64,000 nucleotides of DNA from Candidatus Latescibacterota bacterium (GTDB lineage Bacteria > Latescibacterota > UBA2968): assembly GCA_965204745.1 (NCBI GenBank), contig OZ242010.1, positions 3,773,389 through 3,837,388 of the forward strand, given 5' to 3'. Every line of letters begins with the position of its first letter. The stretch's first letter is position 1. Position numbers and translations under genes: made by a program. Of this stretch, positions 39,851 through 49,929 are shown one piece after another. The notes below the pieces were generated by a model. That model ran no database searches, was not told the DNA's origin, and worked only from the letters and a program-made list of their open reading frames with translations.

Positions 39851-41029
39851 TCAAGCGGTTTTTTGAAGAGCGAGTTCGCGGGCGAGCAAACGCTCGAGGG
39901 TGGGGTTGATGTGATAGAAGTCGCGTAGGGCGCGATACGCTTGAACAGCGGTTTGATCGCCTGTTCGGGAGGTTTTTGTTGCGCGGATGAGGAGGTTCTT
40001 GGGCGTGTGTTTGGAGTCGATAAATTCCATGACTTCGGCGCGATAGCCCACGATGCGGAGGAGTTGTGCGCGGCAGGCGTCTGTGAGGATGTCCGCGGTG
40101 CGGTTCTTGAGAATGCCGTGTGCCATCACTGGCGCGAAAACAGACGCGCTGAGTTGTTCGCGCAGTTCGCGTTGGCAACAAGGCGCGGCGAGGATGACCG
40201 CACTGCGCCACTGCACGGCGCGGGCGATGGCGTCGTCGGTTGCGGTGTCGCAGGCGTGCAAGCTAAACACAATGTCGGGCCGCGCTCGCGGTGTGAAGGC
40301 GGCGATGCTGGCTTTGCAAAACGCGATGTCTGTCCAGCCGAGGGTGTGGGCTAAGGCGCGGCATTTGGCGATGAGGGAGGGGTTGTGGTCGATGCCGATG
40401 AGGCGTGCGGGGATGTGCTGGATGTGGTTCAAGTAGTGATACGCCGCAAACGTGAGATACGCACTGCCGCAACCGCAGTCGATGAGCGTAAGCGGGCGGT
40501 TCGATTTTGGAATGACGGGATGTAAGTGGTCGAGAAACGCATTGATCTGCTTGAACTTGTCGCGCCTGGATGTGCGGACGCGGCCCTCGGCATCCATAAT
40601 CCCGAGGCCCTGCAAAAAGGCGTCTGGCCGATTGTCCGGCAAGGGGTGGTGCTTGACGCGATTGTGCGACAGCGCGGGTTGGACATTGGGCCGCGAGGGG
40701 TTTGCGCGTTTGAACAATGCCCTGCCTTTTTTGGTGATGCGAATGTGGAGGTCTTCGCGCCTGGTTTGCACATGGATTTGCGCGAAGGGCAAGGCCAAGA
40801 CCTCGTTGAGCGCGGCAGGTGCCGCTACCATCGGGACGTTTTCCGCGAGGGCTTGCACTTGGCTAAACCGCGCGATCTGGAGGTGGGGCATGCCTTTGAT
40901 CGCGACAGGGCGAACCGCGATTTTGCGCCAAGCCGTGCCCGCACGCGGCTGGCTGAGGGTCAGCTTGAGAAAGGTCTTCGCGCTTGAGACCGCGTTGAGG
41001 ACGGCGGTTTTGTAATCTGTGGTGGACAT
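39851..41029 (-). CDS. class I SAM-dependent methyltransferase
   Basis: LIDCGCGSAYLTFAAYHYL SAM-binding motif. Confidence 0.7.
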   Translation of the reverse strand: MSTTDYKTAVLNAVSSAKTFLKLTLSQPRAGTAWRKIAVRPVAIKGMPHLQIARFSQVQALAENVPMVAAPAALNEVLALPFAQIHVQTRREDLHIRITKKGRALFKRANPSRPNVQPALSHNRVKHHPLPDNRPDAFLQGLGIMDAEGRVRTSRRDKFKQINAFLDHLHPVIPKSNRPLTLIDCGCGSAYLTFAAYHYLNHIQHIPARLIGIDHNPSLIAKCRALAHTLGWTDIAFCKASIAAFTPRARPDIVFSLHACDTATDDAIARAVQWRSAVILAAPCCQRELREQLSASVFAPVMAHGILKNRTADILTDACRAQLLRIVGYRAEVMEFIDSKHTPKNLLIRATKTSRTGDQTAVQAYRALRDFYHINPTLERLLARELALQKTA

Positions 41030-41034
41030 AATTG

Positions 41035-42162
41035 CTACACCGCATACGCGATGGATCCATCCGCACGCAGAGGGGTTTGGACCTTGGTCAAGGGCGCGAA
41101 GGGCGCGTCCGGGATTTTGGCGTCGTGGAGTTCAACGCCAATGCCGGGGGCTTCGGGAAGGGGAATATATCCGCCTTCGCGTTTGTGCGCGCATTTGTAA
41201 ATCGCGTTGTGCTCGCGTTCGTCGTTTTTGGAATATTCCTGCGTGATGAAGTTGGGAATGCTGGCGTCGAGGTGAACCGATGCGGCGGTGCCCAAGGGGC
41301 TGAGAAAATTGTGCGTGACCACCGCGCAGTGATGGGATTCGGCGATGGCAGCGATTTTTTTGCAGTGGGTCAGGCCGCCTGCCAACGCCACGTCCGGGCG
41401 CACGTATTGCGGGCCGCCGCGCTCTAGGAGTTCCCGAAATTCCCAGATGGTGGTGAACCGCTCGCCATTGCCCAAGGGAACGGGCATGCGTTTGGCAATG
41501 TCCGCCTGCGTGGTGATGGTGTCGATCTGAATGGGGTCTTCCATAAAGTAGAGGTGATAGGGCGTCAAAGCATTGCCCAACGCGACGGCGACCATTGGGG
41601 TGAGTTTGCGGTGGACTTCCACGATGAGATCCACATCGGGGCCGGCGCCCTCGCGGGCAGCAGCGACAATGTCGACGGCGTTCTGGATGAGGCGCGCTTG
41701 CGCTTGGTTCTGATAGCCACCCGTGAGCGGATCGAATTTGATCGCGGTAAAACCCTCGGCAACCGCGGCTTTGGCGTTTTCGTACATCGCTTCCGGCGTG
41801 GGGCCGCCAGCGAGCAAGTGCAGGCGGATTTTGTCCCGGCAGTTGCCGCCGAGCAATTCCCAAACGGGCACCTGAAAGTGCTTGCCTTTGATGTCGTAGA
41901 GGGCGATGTCGATGGCACTGACCGCGCCGCAAAGCATTGTGCCGCGAAACGGGGCCATGCGGTAGAGGTGTTGCCAATGGTGTTCGATACGCAGTGGATT
42001 TTGTCCGATGAGGTATTCTCTAAAAACGGCAACCACGCGCTCGACCGCTTCGGGATAGCCCCAACAGGCCGAGGTGCCGATGCCGGAAATGCCGCTGTCG
42101 GTGGTGAGACGCACGACGTAGCTGTTGCCGAGGAGGAAGTGTTCGAGTTGGTCAATTTTCAT
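41035..42162 (-). CDS. enolase-superfamily (mandelate racemase/muconate-lactonising enzyme family) acid-sugar dehydratase, ManD-like
   Basis: MR/MLE N- and C-terminal domains with KxK...D...E...D metal ligands. Confidence 0.8.
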   Translation of the reverse strand: MKIDQLEHFLLGNSYVVRLTTDSGISGIGTSACWGYPEAVERVVAVFREYLIGQNPLRIEHHWQHLYRMAPFRGTMLCGAVSAIDIALYDIKGKHFQVPVWELLGGNCRDKIRLHLLAGGPTPEAMYENAKAAVAEGFTAIKFDPLTGGYQNQAQARLIQNAVDIVAAAREGAGPDVDLIVEVHRKLTPMVAVALGNALTPYHLYFMEDPIQIDTITTQADIAKRMPVPLGNGERFTTIWEFRELLERGGPQYVRPDVALAGGLTHCKKIAAIAESHHCAVVTHNFLSPLGTAASVHLDASIPNFITQEYSKNDEREHNAIYKCAHKREGGYIPLPEAPGIGVELHDAKIPDAPFAPLTKVQTPLRADGSIAYAV

Positions 42163-42486
42163 GATCGGTCTCCAAAGGTGAGATGGAAGTTGTCAGTTGT
42201 CAGTTGTCAGTTGTCAGTTGTCAGTCCCCACCCGACCACCCAACCTGAAGTGAGACACGAGCGGGGTACAACTGGCGACAGACCGTTCAAAGGCGATTAG
42301 CCACAAAAGGCACAAAAGGCACGAGCGGGGTACAACTGGCGATAGCCCGTTCAAAAGCGATCAGTGAGTGTAGGTCTTCTCCCGTCTTGCCTCTCTCCTC
42401 TCACCTTTTTGGGCGATGCCCGTGCGTTGGAATGCGTATATTACGCGATGAAATTGCAATAAGCAACCAAATACGAGGAGGGCGAG

Positions 42487-43245
42487 ATGCCGAATTTGCG
42501 GTTTGCAAAAAAAAAGGAGCGGCGGGTGGCACTGATTACCGGCGGTGCGCGGGGCATTGGCGGGGCAACGGCCCTGCGAATTGCAGCGGAAGGACGCGAT
42601 GTAGTCATCGCCGATGTGTTGGCAGATGAGGGCGCAGAGACGGTTGCAAAAATTGAAGCGGTGGGCCAGCGCACCCTGTTCGTCAAGACCGATGTGACAG
42701 ACGAGACTGCGGTTCAGGCGTGCGTGGCGCGAACAGTGGAGGCGTTTGGGCGGTTGGATATTTTGGTGTGTTGCGCCGGCATTTTGGGATGGGAGAAGCC
42801 ATTTTCTGAGCAACCCGTGGCGCAGTTTGATCGGGTGATGCGGATCAATGTGTACGGGGTGTATCACTTTCATCAGGCCGCGATTCCCCACATGCTCAAC
42901 CGGGGATGGGGACGCTGCGTGACCATCACATCGGGGGCGCGCAATGGCAGTCCGAATCAGGTGCCGTATTCCGTGTCCAAAGGCGCGGTGTATTCCTTCA
43001 TCGGCGCGTTGGGCAACGCCTATTGCAAGGACGGGGTGTTCGTCAATGGCGTGGAACCCGGGCGTGCGTTGACGGAGATGGTCATACCGAGGTTTTCGCC
43101 CGAGTATATCGCCAATCCCCCCGGTCAGGCGATGGGGCGATACTCGGACCCGGAGGAGGTCGCCGAGGTGATCGAGTTTTTGTGTTCCGAGCGCAATACC
43201 TATACGTCGGGATCCGTGTGGAGTGTGAAGGGCGGGAGGGGGTAG
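42487..43245 (+). CDS. SDR-family oxidoreductase
   Basis: TGGARGIG cofactor motif and catalytic YxxxK (YSVSK). Confidence 0.85.
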   Translation: MPNLRFAKKKERRVALITGGARGIGGATALRIAAEGRDVVIADVLADEGAETVAKIEAVGQRTLFVKTDVTDETAVQACVARTVEAFGRLDILVCCAGILGWEKPFSEQPVAQFDRVMRINVYGVYHFHQAAIPHMLNRGWGRCVTITSGARNGSPNQVPYSVSKGAVYSFIGALGNAYCKDGVFVNGVEPGRALTEMVIPRFSPEYIANPPGQAMGRYSDPEEVAEVIEFLCSERNTYTSGSVWSVKGGRG

Positions 43246-43287
43246 GGAAAACCAAAGCGGATTACCCCACACATCCCTACCGCCATA

Positions 43288-43720
43288 GACCTATCCCCCG
43301 GCCCCTTTCCTACGAGGAAAGGGGAGTAGAGTTCCTTTGATGGCTTATATCTATGCTTGTTCTGATGGCTTTACACGAATGGATCGCGCCATAGAAACCC
43401 AATCTCGCACAAATCCCTCGCAAGACCCATCGCCATTCCCCCTTCCTTCCTCGTAGGAAGGGGGCTAGGGGGTAGGTCCCACCTCGCAAAACCTATCCCC
43501 CCGGCCCCCGTTATTCGCTTCGCTCATTGTAGGCTACGCCTGTGCCTACAAGGAAAGGGGGAGCGCATGGCTTTCTGAAAGGTTTATATCCCCTGGCTGT
43601 TTTGATGGCTTTGAGCGAATGGATCAATGAACCCCAAAAAACCTCTCGCCATTCCCTCGGAAAACCTCTCGCCATTCCCCCCTTCCTCGCAGGAAGGGGG
43701 GTTAGGGGGGTAGGTCCCAA
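43288..43720 (+). repeat. two tandem MITE copies
   Basis: GACCTATCCCCCGGCCCC...GGGGGCTAGGGGGTAGGTCC, then a second copy ending GGGGGGTAGGTCCC. Confidence 0.8.
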
Positions 43721-43766
43721 AAAGTAACGCCCGAGTTCACTGTGAACCCGGGCGTTACTTTTTTTC
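43718..43766 (-). terminator. bidirectional Rho-independent terminator (paralog of 24451-24490)
   Basis: AAAAAGTAACGCCCGAGTTCACTGTGAACCCGGGCGTTACTTTTTTT. Confidence 0.7.
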
Positions 43767-43800
43767 CATCGTATGCGTGCCCTTTCGCGTCTTTCGTCGT

Positions 43801-44001
43801 TCAACCTGATGAGCCAAAGTCGGCGGTGAAGATGAGGAAATCGTCGAATCCAATTTGACCATCGCCATTGAGATCGCACCGGGGGTCATATCGCTCCTGA
43901 CCGAGGCGCGAGCCGAACTTGCTGGCAAAGGTCAAGAAGTCGGCGAAATTCACATCGCCATCGCCATCGCTGTCTGTGGCGGTCAGAGAACAGGCTTTCA
44001 T
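43801..44001 (-). CDS. stand-alone dockerin-like minigene, start overlapping the stop of the giant gene
   Basis: DSDGDGDVNFADFLTFASKFG and DLNGDGQIGFDDFLIFTADFG; ATGA overlap with the upstream stop. Confidence 0.6.
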   Translation of the reverse strand: MKACSLTATDSDGDGDVNFADFLTFASKFGSRLGQERYDPRCDLNGDGQIGFDDFLIFTADFGSSG

Positions 44002-47000
44002 TGGAAGTGGGAGGCGGGATAGAGGCTTCGGATGTAGGGTTCAATGGCTTGAGCGGTCGTGCGCGTAGCATTTTGCTCGATGACGTTCCCTCTGAGGAGG
44101 GCCTCGTTCCGGAAGAAGAGGACGTATCGAATGATCAGGATTATATCCGAGAACAGCCTCACATCGCCATCGCCATCCACATCGAGAATGTTCTGATTGA
44201 CCAACGTGTCGAGGTAGGGTTCAATTTCTTGAGCGGTCGTGCGCGTAGCAGTTGGCTCGATGACGTTCCCTCTGAGGAGGGCCTCGTTCCGGAAGAAGAG
44301 GACATATCGAATGACCAGGATTATATCCGAGAACAATCTCACCCGGCCATCGCCATCCACATCCAAGTTGGCACTCGATGTTTCGTCATCGATAATCGTC
44401 CCGGTGCCTTGCGCCGTGCTTATGGTCGCATTGGTCGCACTGCTCAACTCGACGATCACGGTCTCGTTCTGCTCATCATCCGAGTCGTCGGTCACAGAAA
44501 CAGGGATGGTCTGGATGGTATCGCCCATCGCGAAGGTCAGGGTCCCTGCGGTGAGCGCGGTATAATCCGTCCCCGAAGTCGCGGTGCCCGTGCCCGCGTC
44601 TGCATACCCCACCGTCACCTGTGCCGTGTGCGCCGGGCGTAGGTACACCTGAAAGGTCAGGGTCGCGCCGGTCGCGCCTTCAATCACGCTTGGCGAACCG
44701 ATACTCAGCGCAGGCATGCCATCGTCATCGATAATCGTACCGGTGCCGGTGAGGCTCGTAGCCCCGCCATCAAAGGTGGCATTGACCGCGTTGCTCAAAG
44801 TCACCTCCACGGTCTCGTTCTGCTCATCATCCCCGTCGTCGCTCACAGAAACAGCGAAGGTCTGGCTGGTCGTGCCCGCCGCAAAGGTCAGGGTTCCTGC
44901 GGTGAGCGCGGTGTAATCGGTCCCCGAAGTCGCGCTGCCCGTGCCCGCGTCTGCATACGCCACCGTCACCTCCTTGCCGCTCGCCGCATGCAATCTAACG
45001 GTGAACGTCAGGGCAGTGCCCTCAACCGCACTCGGCGAACTGATCGAGAGCCTCGGCGGCGCGTCATCATCTGTGATCGTTATCACAGTCGAGAGGAACA
45101 CTGCCTGGGCGTTGTCTGCCACAACGGTCACGGTCACGTCGCGATTAGGCGCGTCTTGGGTATTGTCCACCGCTGTAATGACCACCGTATCCGACGCGTT
45201 CGCCGTACTCCCTGCCGCGATGGTGATCGTCGAATCCATCCCCACCGTGTAAGCATCCGCCACCGGGCGCACCTTGATCGTTGTCGCCGCACTCAACGGG
45301 TGTGCCAGCGTCGCGGTCACGGTGCTCATCCCCCCGCTTTCCGAGATCGTCGAGGGCGTCAGTGCCAACGTCACTATCGCGGGTTGGAGCTGAAATTGCA
45401 CGGTGGTGTCCATGCCGGCATACTTCAAGACCGGATACTGATTCATCGCGCCAAAGGTCCACGGATCATCGTTGCCCGCCTGTCCGTCGAGGTTGGCGTC
45501 CCAGCCGTAGTAGGTGTCGCTGGGGGTGGCACCGTAGGTGGTGGGGCTCTGGAGCTCACTGGTGGTCTTGCCCGTGCCGCCGCCCCCGCTGGTGGCACGG
45601 TCGCTGGTGGAGGTGTCCCAGTAGCTATTGGTCGTGCTGCCTTGACTAGAGGATCCTATTAGCCCGCCGACGTTTGAGGACCCGCTGACTCGGCCGATGG
45701 AGTATGAGTTCGTTACACTGCCGAACTTTTGCCCCAACACCCCGCCGACATGGTTGCTACCGCTGACGTCGGCGGTGGAGTAGCTGGAATTGATAACCGC
45801 CGCGTTTCGGCCTTGATAGCCAACTATGCCGCCGACGCGGTCTGTGCCGGTGACCGATCCCGTGGTGTAGCAGGCGACGATTGTGCCGTTATTGCTGCCG
45901 ACCAGAATGCCTGTGTAGAGGGCTCCGGTGACATCGGCGTTGGTTACGCCCACGGTTTCTATTTGAACTCCGGTGTCAACATCGCCGAACAGCCCGATGC
46001 TATTCACGTTGCCACGGTTGATGAACAGGTTGTTGATGGTGTGGCCGTTGCCCTTGAAATCGCCTTGGTATTGGGTGGAGAAAGTTCCGATGGGATTCCA
46101 GCCCATGCCGCTGTTCCAATATGTGGGGTCGCCGGTTTGGGTAATGTCGCCATCGCCGTTTTCGTCGAAGTCAAGGCTTGCGAAAAGTTCGTAGCCGGTG
46201 CATGTCCCGGAAGGACAACCCATACGGACGTTGCTGGTGGTGTCTCGGTTGGGAAAGGCGGCGTTGTAGGTCATGGTATCACTAGCGGCGACGACCCCAT
46301 CGCCGTTGAGATCCCAGCGAATGGCATTGAGTTGCGCCAGCGTCGTAATGTCGATGAGGCCATCGCCATCGCTGTCGTAATCGATCCTTTGGGGCGTGCC
46401 CATGACCTCGTCCGAGGGATCGCTATCCATCCCACCTGCCAAGGTGGCAATGACGCGCACGGTGTAGATCGTGCCAATCGTCAGGTTCTCTATCGTGTAG
46501 GTCGTGGTGTTTCCTCCAGAGACCGTCGCCTGGCGATCAGAGGTGTTGTAGCTTTGTCCGCCGGACTTCCACTGCACCTTGTACCCCCTCGCGCCGGTTG
46601 CCTCGGTCCAACGCACGATGAGTTGAAGCGGCCCCGGCGTCACGCGCACATTGGTGGGCTTGGCTGGCGCCGTGGTCACCATGACTGCGTCCGAAGGGGT
46701 GCTGTTGGCGGCCGTTGTGGTGTGCGTGGCGATCACTCGAATCGTGTAGGTCGTCTCTGCGGTCAGCCCAGAAATATCGTAGGTCGTGGTGCTCCCGTCA
46801 GCGATTGTGGCTTGCCCGCGCAAGGCGGACACCAGATCGGAGGTGGGATAAGTCTCTGACCCGGATTTCCACTGCACCTTATACCCGATGGCATCGTCCA
46901 CCGCATTCCAAGTCACGGTCAGCGTGTCCGCCGTCGCACTCACCTCCACACCCGTCGGGCTACCCAGCAGGGGAACGTCGGTCACTTCATCCGAGGGGTC

Positions 47001-49574
47001 ACTGTCGGCTACATTGGCACGCGTGGCGATCACTCGAATCGCGTAGGTCGTCCCTGCGGTCAGCCCAGAAATATCGTAGGTCGTGGTGCTCCCGTTAGCG
47101 ATTGTGGCTTGCCCGCGCGTGGCGGACGCCAGATCGGAGGTGGGATAAGTCTCTGACCCGGATTTCCACTGCACCTTATACCCGGTTGCATCGTCCACTG
47201 CGTTCCAAGTCACGGTCAGCGTGTCCGCCGTCGCACTCACCTCCACACCCGTCGGGCTACCCAGCAGGGGAACGCCGGTCTGCTCTGCCGAGGGGTCACT
47301 GTCGGCTACATTGGCACGCGTGGCGATCACTCGAATCGCGTAGGTCGTCCCTGCGGTCAGCCCAGAAATATCGTAGGTCGTGGTGCTCCCGCCTGCGATT
47401 GTGGCTTGCCCGTGCGTGGTGGACTGCTCATCAGAGGTGGGATAAGTCTCTGACCCGGATTTCCACTGCACCTTATAGCCATCCGCGTCATCCACCGCGT
47501 CCCATGACACGCGCAACGTGTCCACCTGCGCGAGCACGCTAACGTTTTTAGGCGGCAACAGCCTTAGCGCGCCAGTCGCCTCGTTGGAGGCTTCACTGTC
47601 ATCGTAATTCGCACGGGTGGCGATCACCCGAACCGCGTAGGTCGTTCTGGCAGTCAGATCGGGAATCTTGTAATTCGTCGTACTGCCCACTGTGGCCTGT
47701 CCATGCGTCGCGGCATGCCCATCAGCAGTGGGGTAATTTTCTTCGCCAGACTTCCACTGCACCTTGTAACCCGTCGCACCGGTCACAGCGTCCCAATTCA
47801 CCGATAGGGTATCCATCAAGGCCATCACACGCACATTCATCGGCATGCCTAGCGTCTCGTCGTCGTCCACCGTCACCGTCACGCTGGCGATAGACAGACC
47901 AGTCGTATAGACCCCTGAATCGGTGGTAACGCGGTGACTCACAAGCGCGGTGTCGTCCAGGCCATCGGCATCATGCCCTGCGGTTACGGTCACCGTCTGC
48001 GCCGTGTTCCAATTCGAATTTGTGAAGGTCAGCGTCGAAGAGGACACGGTGACATCGGTGTTATTGCTCATGACGCCAATCACGACGTCGTTAGCGGGTT
48101 GGGCATCCAATACGACCGTATAGGTGCCTCTGTTGGCGTTGGTGGTGCTGGGATCCTCCTTTAATGCCAGATTGCTTTCGCTGACGGTCACGCCCAGAGT
48201 CGGCGTCAGCGTTATTGTGCCCGTGGTCAGATCGCCACTTTTATCATGAGCCGATGCCCACACCTTCACTGCCAAGGTCTGGTCAGTGTCGAAGTCGCCG
48301 GTGAAGGCCAGACGCAGAAACACCGCATCGGAATTGCCCCCAGATACAAAGGAGATGGACAAATTCGGGATGGTCGTCACCAATCCGAAGTGAGAAGCAT
48401 TCAAATAAGAACCATGGCCGAAGCGGGTGTGGTGCAGCTGCAGATCGATCCTCGCACCGTTCAGATTGGCTTCGGTTAACTGGGTGGGGGTAGTTGAACG
48501 GATCGTGACCCCTATCACGTTGATGTTGAATAACAGACTGGCGCGATCGCTATTGGCCATGTTGGCGTCCGAGTCCGTCGCATAGAGGGTGACGGAGAAG
48601 GTGCCCCCCACCCCATTGTCAGGCGTGCCGCAGATGGTACGCGCCGCCGTGCCGGGACAAGTCCCACTGCCATCGGCATCAAAGGTCAAACCCGCAGGCA
48701 AGCCGATGGCTTCATAGGTTAAGGCACCATCGCCGCCAGTCGCCGCAGGCATTTGCCACGCCAAAGTGTCCACGCCCGCAGTAATGGTCGTATCAGGCAC
48801 TGAGTTATTACCGAAAGACGGAACCTCATCGCTCGACAATGTCGCCGTGTAGGTCGTGTTAAGGCTATTGTCCGTGACGATGACCGAAACGGTTATGGCT
48901 CCGCTACTCAGGGAACTGATGGTGTGTGAGCTACCACTGGCGACCGTGGTCGTGTCTCCACTATTGACGCTGACGCCGATGGTGCCCGAACTGGCCGTGG
49001 GTGTAACCTTCAGGCCGTTGGCGGTGGAGGGGATACTCCCGGTGTAAGTGAGCGTGGACGAGGCGAAGGTCGGCATCAACGTGACCGACGAGGAAGTGGG
49101 AATGGGTATCCAGTCTGCAAAGGCGGTAATTTCAACCTCCCCCTCCCAAACGTGCCACATGACCCCGCCATGGTCGATCTCGGTTTGTTCAAGCGTGATC
49201 GATGTGGGATGAGTGAGGAAACCGACTTGACGACATCCCGCCCTCCCGCCAGGGCTAACATCTCGTCGAGTATCCTTATCGGCACAAACATAGTGATAAA
49301 AATTCTGAGTCGAACCATCAGAAGCGGGGCCAGTAATCCTTATCGTTTGCGAAGTCGTTTGCGGCAAGAGGGTAGTGAAGCCAAACGAGAACGAGTAGGA
49401 GCTACTGCTATATCTGGGTGAAGCCGGCGGATCAACTGAAATGGTAGCAACCAGTGCCAGGCCGGACAGAGTCGGTGCAGATTGCGCCTTAGCGGACGGA
49501 ACAAAGCCGATCATTGTAACCAGCCAACCGAAAAGCACGATAAAAACTGGATAGATTCGGGAGAACATCGTCAT
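43998..49574 (-). CDS. giant secreted surface protein/adhesin: signal peptide, 6 FN3 domains, GLUG-repeat domain, 3 Calx-beta domains, 2 dockerin-like repeats (1858 aa)
   Basis: FN3-like units (GYKVQWKSG...YAIRVIATRAN), VGG(L/I)(V/I)G GLUG repeats, and Calx-beta ...TVAYADAGTGSATSGTDYTA...DDE.NET units. Confidence 0.85.
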   Translation of the reverse strand: MTMFSRIYPVFIVLFGWLVTMIGFVPSAKAQSAPTLSGLALVATISVDPPASPRYSSSSYSFSFGFTTLLPQTTSQTIRITGPASDGSTQNFYHYVCADKDTRRDVSPGGRAGCRQVGFLTHPTSITLEQTEIDHGGVMWHVWEGEVEITAFADWIPIPTSSSVTLMPTFASSTLTYTGSIPSTANGLKVTPTASSGTIGVSVNSGDTTTVASGSSHTISSLSSGAITVSVIVTDNSLNTTYTATLSSDEVPSFGNNSVPDTTITAGVDTLAWQMPAATGGDGALTYEAIGLPAGLTFDADGSGTCPGTAARTICGTPDNGVGGTFSVTLYATDSDANMANSDRASLLFNINVIGVTIRSTTPTQLTEANLNGARIDLQLHHTRFGHGSYLNASHFGLVTTIPNLSISFVSGGNSDAVFLRLAFTGDFDTDQTLAVKVWASAHDKSGDLTTGTITLTPTLGVTVSESNLALKEDPSTTNANRGTYTVVLDAQPANDVVIGVMSNNTDVTVSSSTLTFTNSNWNTAQTVTVTAGHDADGLDDTALVSHRVTTDSGVYTTGLSIASVTVTVDDDETLGMPMNVRVMALMDTLSVNWDAVTGATGYKVQWKSGEENYPTADGHAATHGQATVGSTTNYKIPDLTARTTYAVRVIATRANYDDSEASNEATGALRLLPPKNVSVLAQVDTLRVSWDAVDDADGYKVQWKSGSETYPTSDEQSTTHGQATIAGGSTTTYDISGLTAGTTYAIRVIATRANVADSDPSAEQTGVPLLGSPTGVEVSATADTLTVTWNAVDDATGYKVQWKSGSETYPTSDLASATRGQATIANGSTTTYDISGLTAGTTYAIRVIATRANVADSDPSDEVTDVPLLGSPTGVEVSATADTLTVTWNAVDDAIGYKVQWKSGSETYPTSDLVSALRGQATIADGSTTTYDISGLTAETTYTIRVIATHTTTAANSTPSDAVMVTTAPAKPTNVRVTPGPLQLIVRWTEATGARGYKVQWKSGGQSYNTSDRQATVSGGNTTTYTIENLTIGTIYTVRVIATLAGGMDSDPSDEVMGTPQRIDYDSDGDGLIDITTLAQLNAIRWDLNGDGVVAASDTMTYNAAFPNRDTTSNVRMGCPSGTCTGYELFASLDFDENGDGDITQTGDPTYWNSGMGWNPIGTFSTQYQGDFKGNGHTINNLFINRGNVNSIGLFGDVDTGVQIETVGVTNADVTGALYTGILVGSNNGTIVACYTTGSVTGTDRVGGIVGYQGRNAAVINSSYSTADVSGSNHVGGVLGQKFGSVTNSYSIGRVSGSSNVGGLIGSSSQGSTTNSYWDTSTSDRATSGGGGTGKTTSELQSPTTYGATPSDTYYGWDANLDGQAGNDDPWTFGAMNQYPVLKYAGMDTTVQFQLQPAIVTLALTPSTISESGGMSTVTATLAHPLSAATTIKVRPVADAYTVGMDSTITIAAGSTANASDTVVITAVDNTQDAPNRDVTVTVVADNAQAVFLSTVITITDDDAPPRLSISSPSAVEGTALTFTVRLHAASGKEVTVAYADAGTGSATSGTDYTALTAGTLTFAAGTTSQTFAVSVSDDGDDEQNETVEVTLSNAVNATFDGGATSLTGTGTIIDDDGMPALSIGSPSVIEGATGATLTFQVYLRPAHTAQVTVGYADAGTGTATSGTDYTALTAGTLTFAMGDTIQTIPVSVTDDSDDEQNETVIVELSSATNATISTAQGTGTIIDDETSSANLDVDGDGRVRLFSDIILVIRYVLFFRNEALLRGNVIEPTATRTTAQEIEPYLDTLVNQNILDVDGDGDVRLFSDIILIIRYVLFFRNEALLRGNVIEQNATRTTAQAIEPYIRSLYPASHFQ
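46430..47900 (-). repeat. approximately 300-bp tandem FN3-encoding repeats, three copies more than 95% identical
   Basis: GCGTGGCGATCACTCGAATCGCGTAGGTCGTCCCTGCGGTCAGCCCAGAAATATCGTAGGTCGTGGTGCTCCCG recurs at about 46728, 47025 and 47325. Confidence 0.85.
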
Positions 49575-49929
49575 TTTGACTCTCCTCTCGAGGGGGACAC
49601 TGTACTGATTATCCTAACAAACTGTTTTGCAATGAAATAGAACCGCACTCCAAGACGGGAATGGGCACCATGAACGCCTCTTTTCGCGGAGGGAACATAG
49701 GGTAAAATGAGGTTCAAACAGCGTTTGAAAATGGTGGGAATCATCTGGAGCCTCCTTTGCAAAAACTGTCGCACAAATTAGGCGCGGCTTTTCCTCCGCG
49801 CTCAAAATCGAAATCGTGAACGGGAAAAAAATACAACATCACGCTATTGTTTGTCAAGTGGTAAAGTGACGATGGGATCGGTACCGCCGGATATGAGGAC
49901 AGGCACGGGGGCCTGTCCCTACGACGGAT

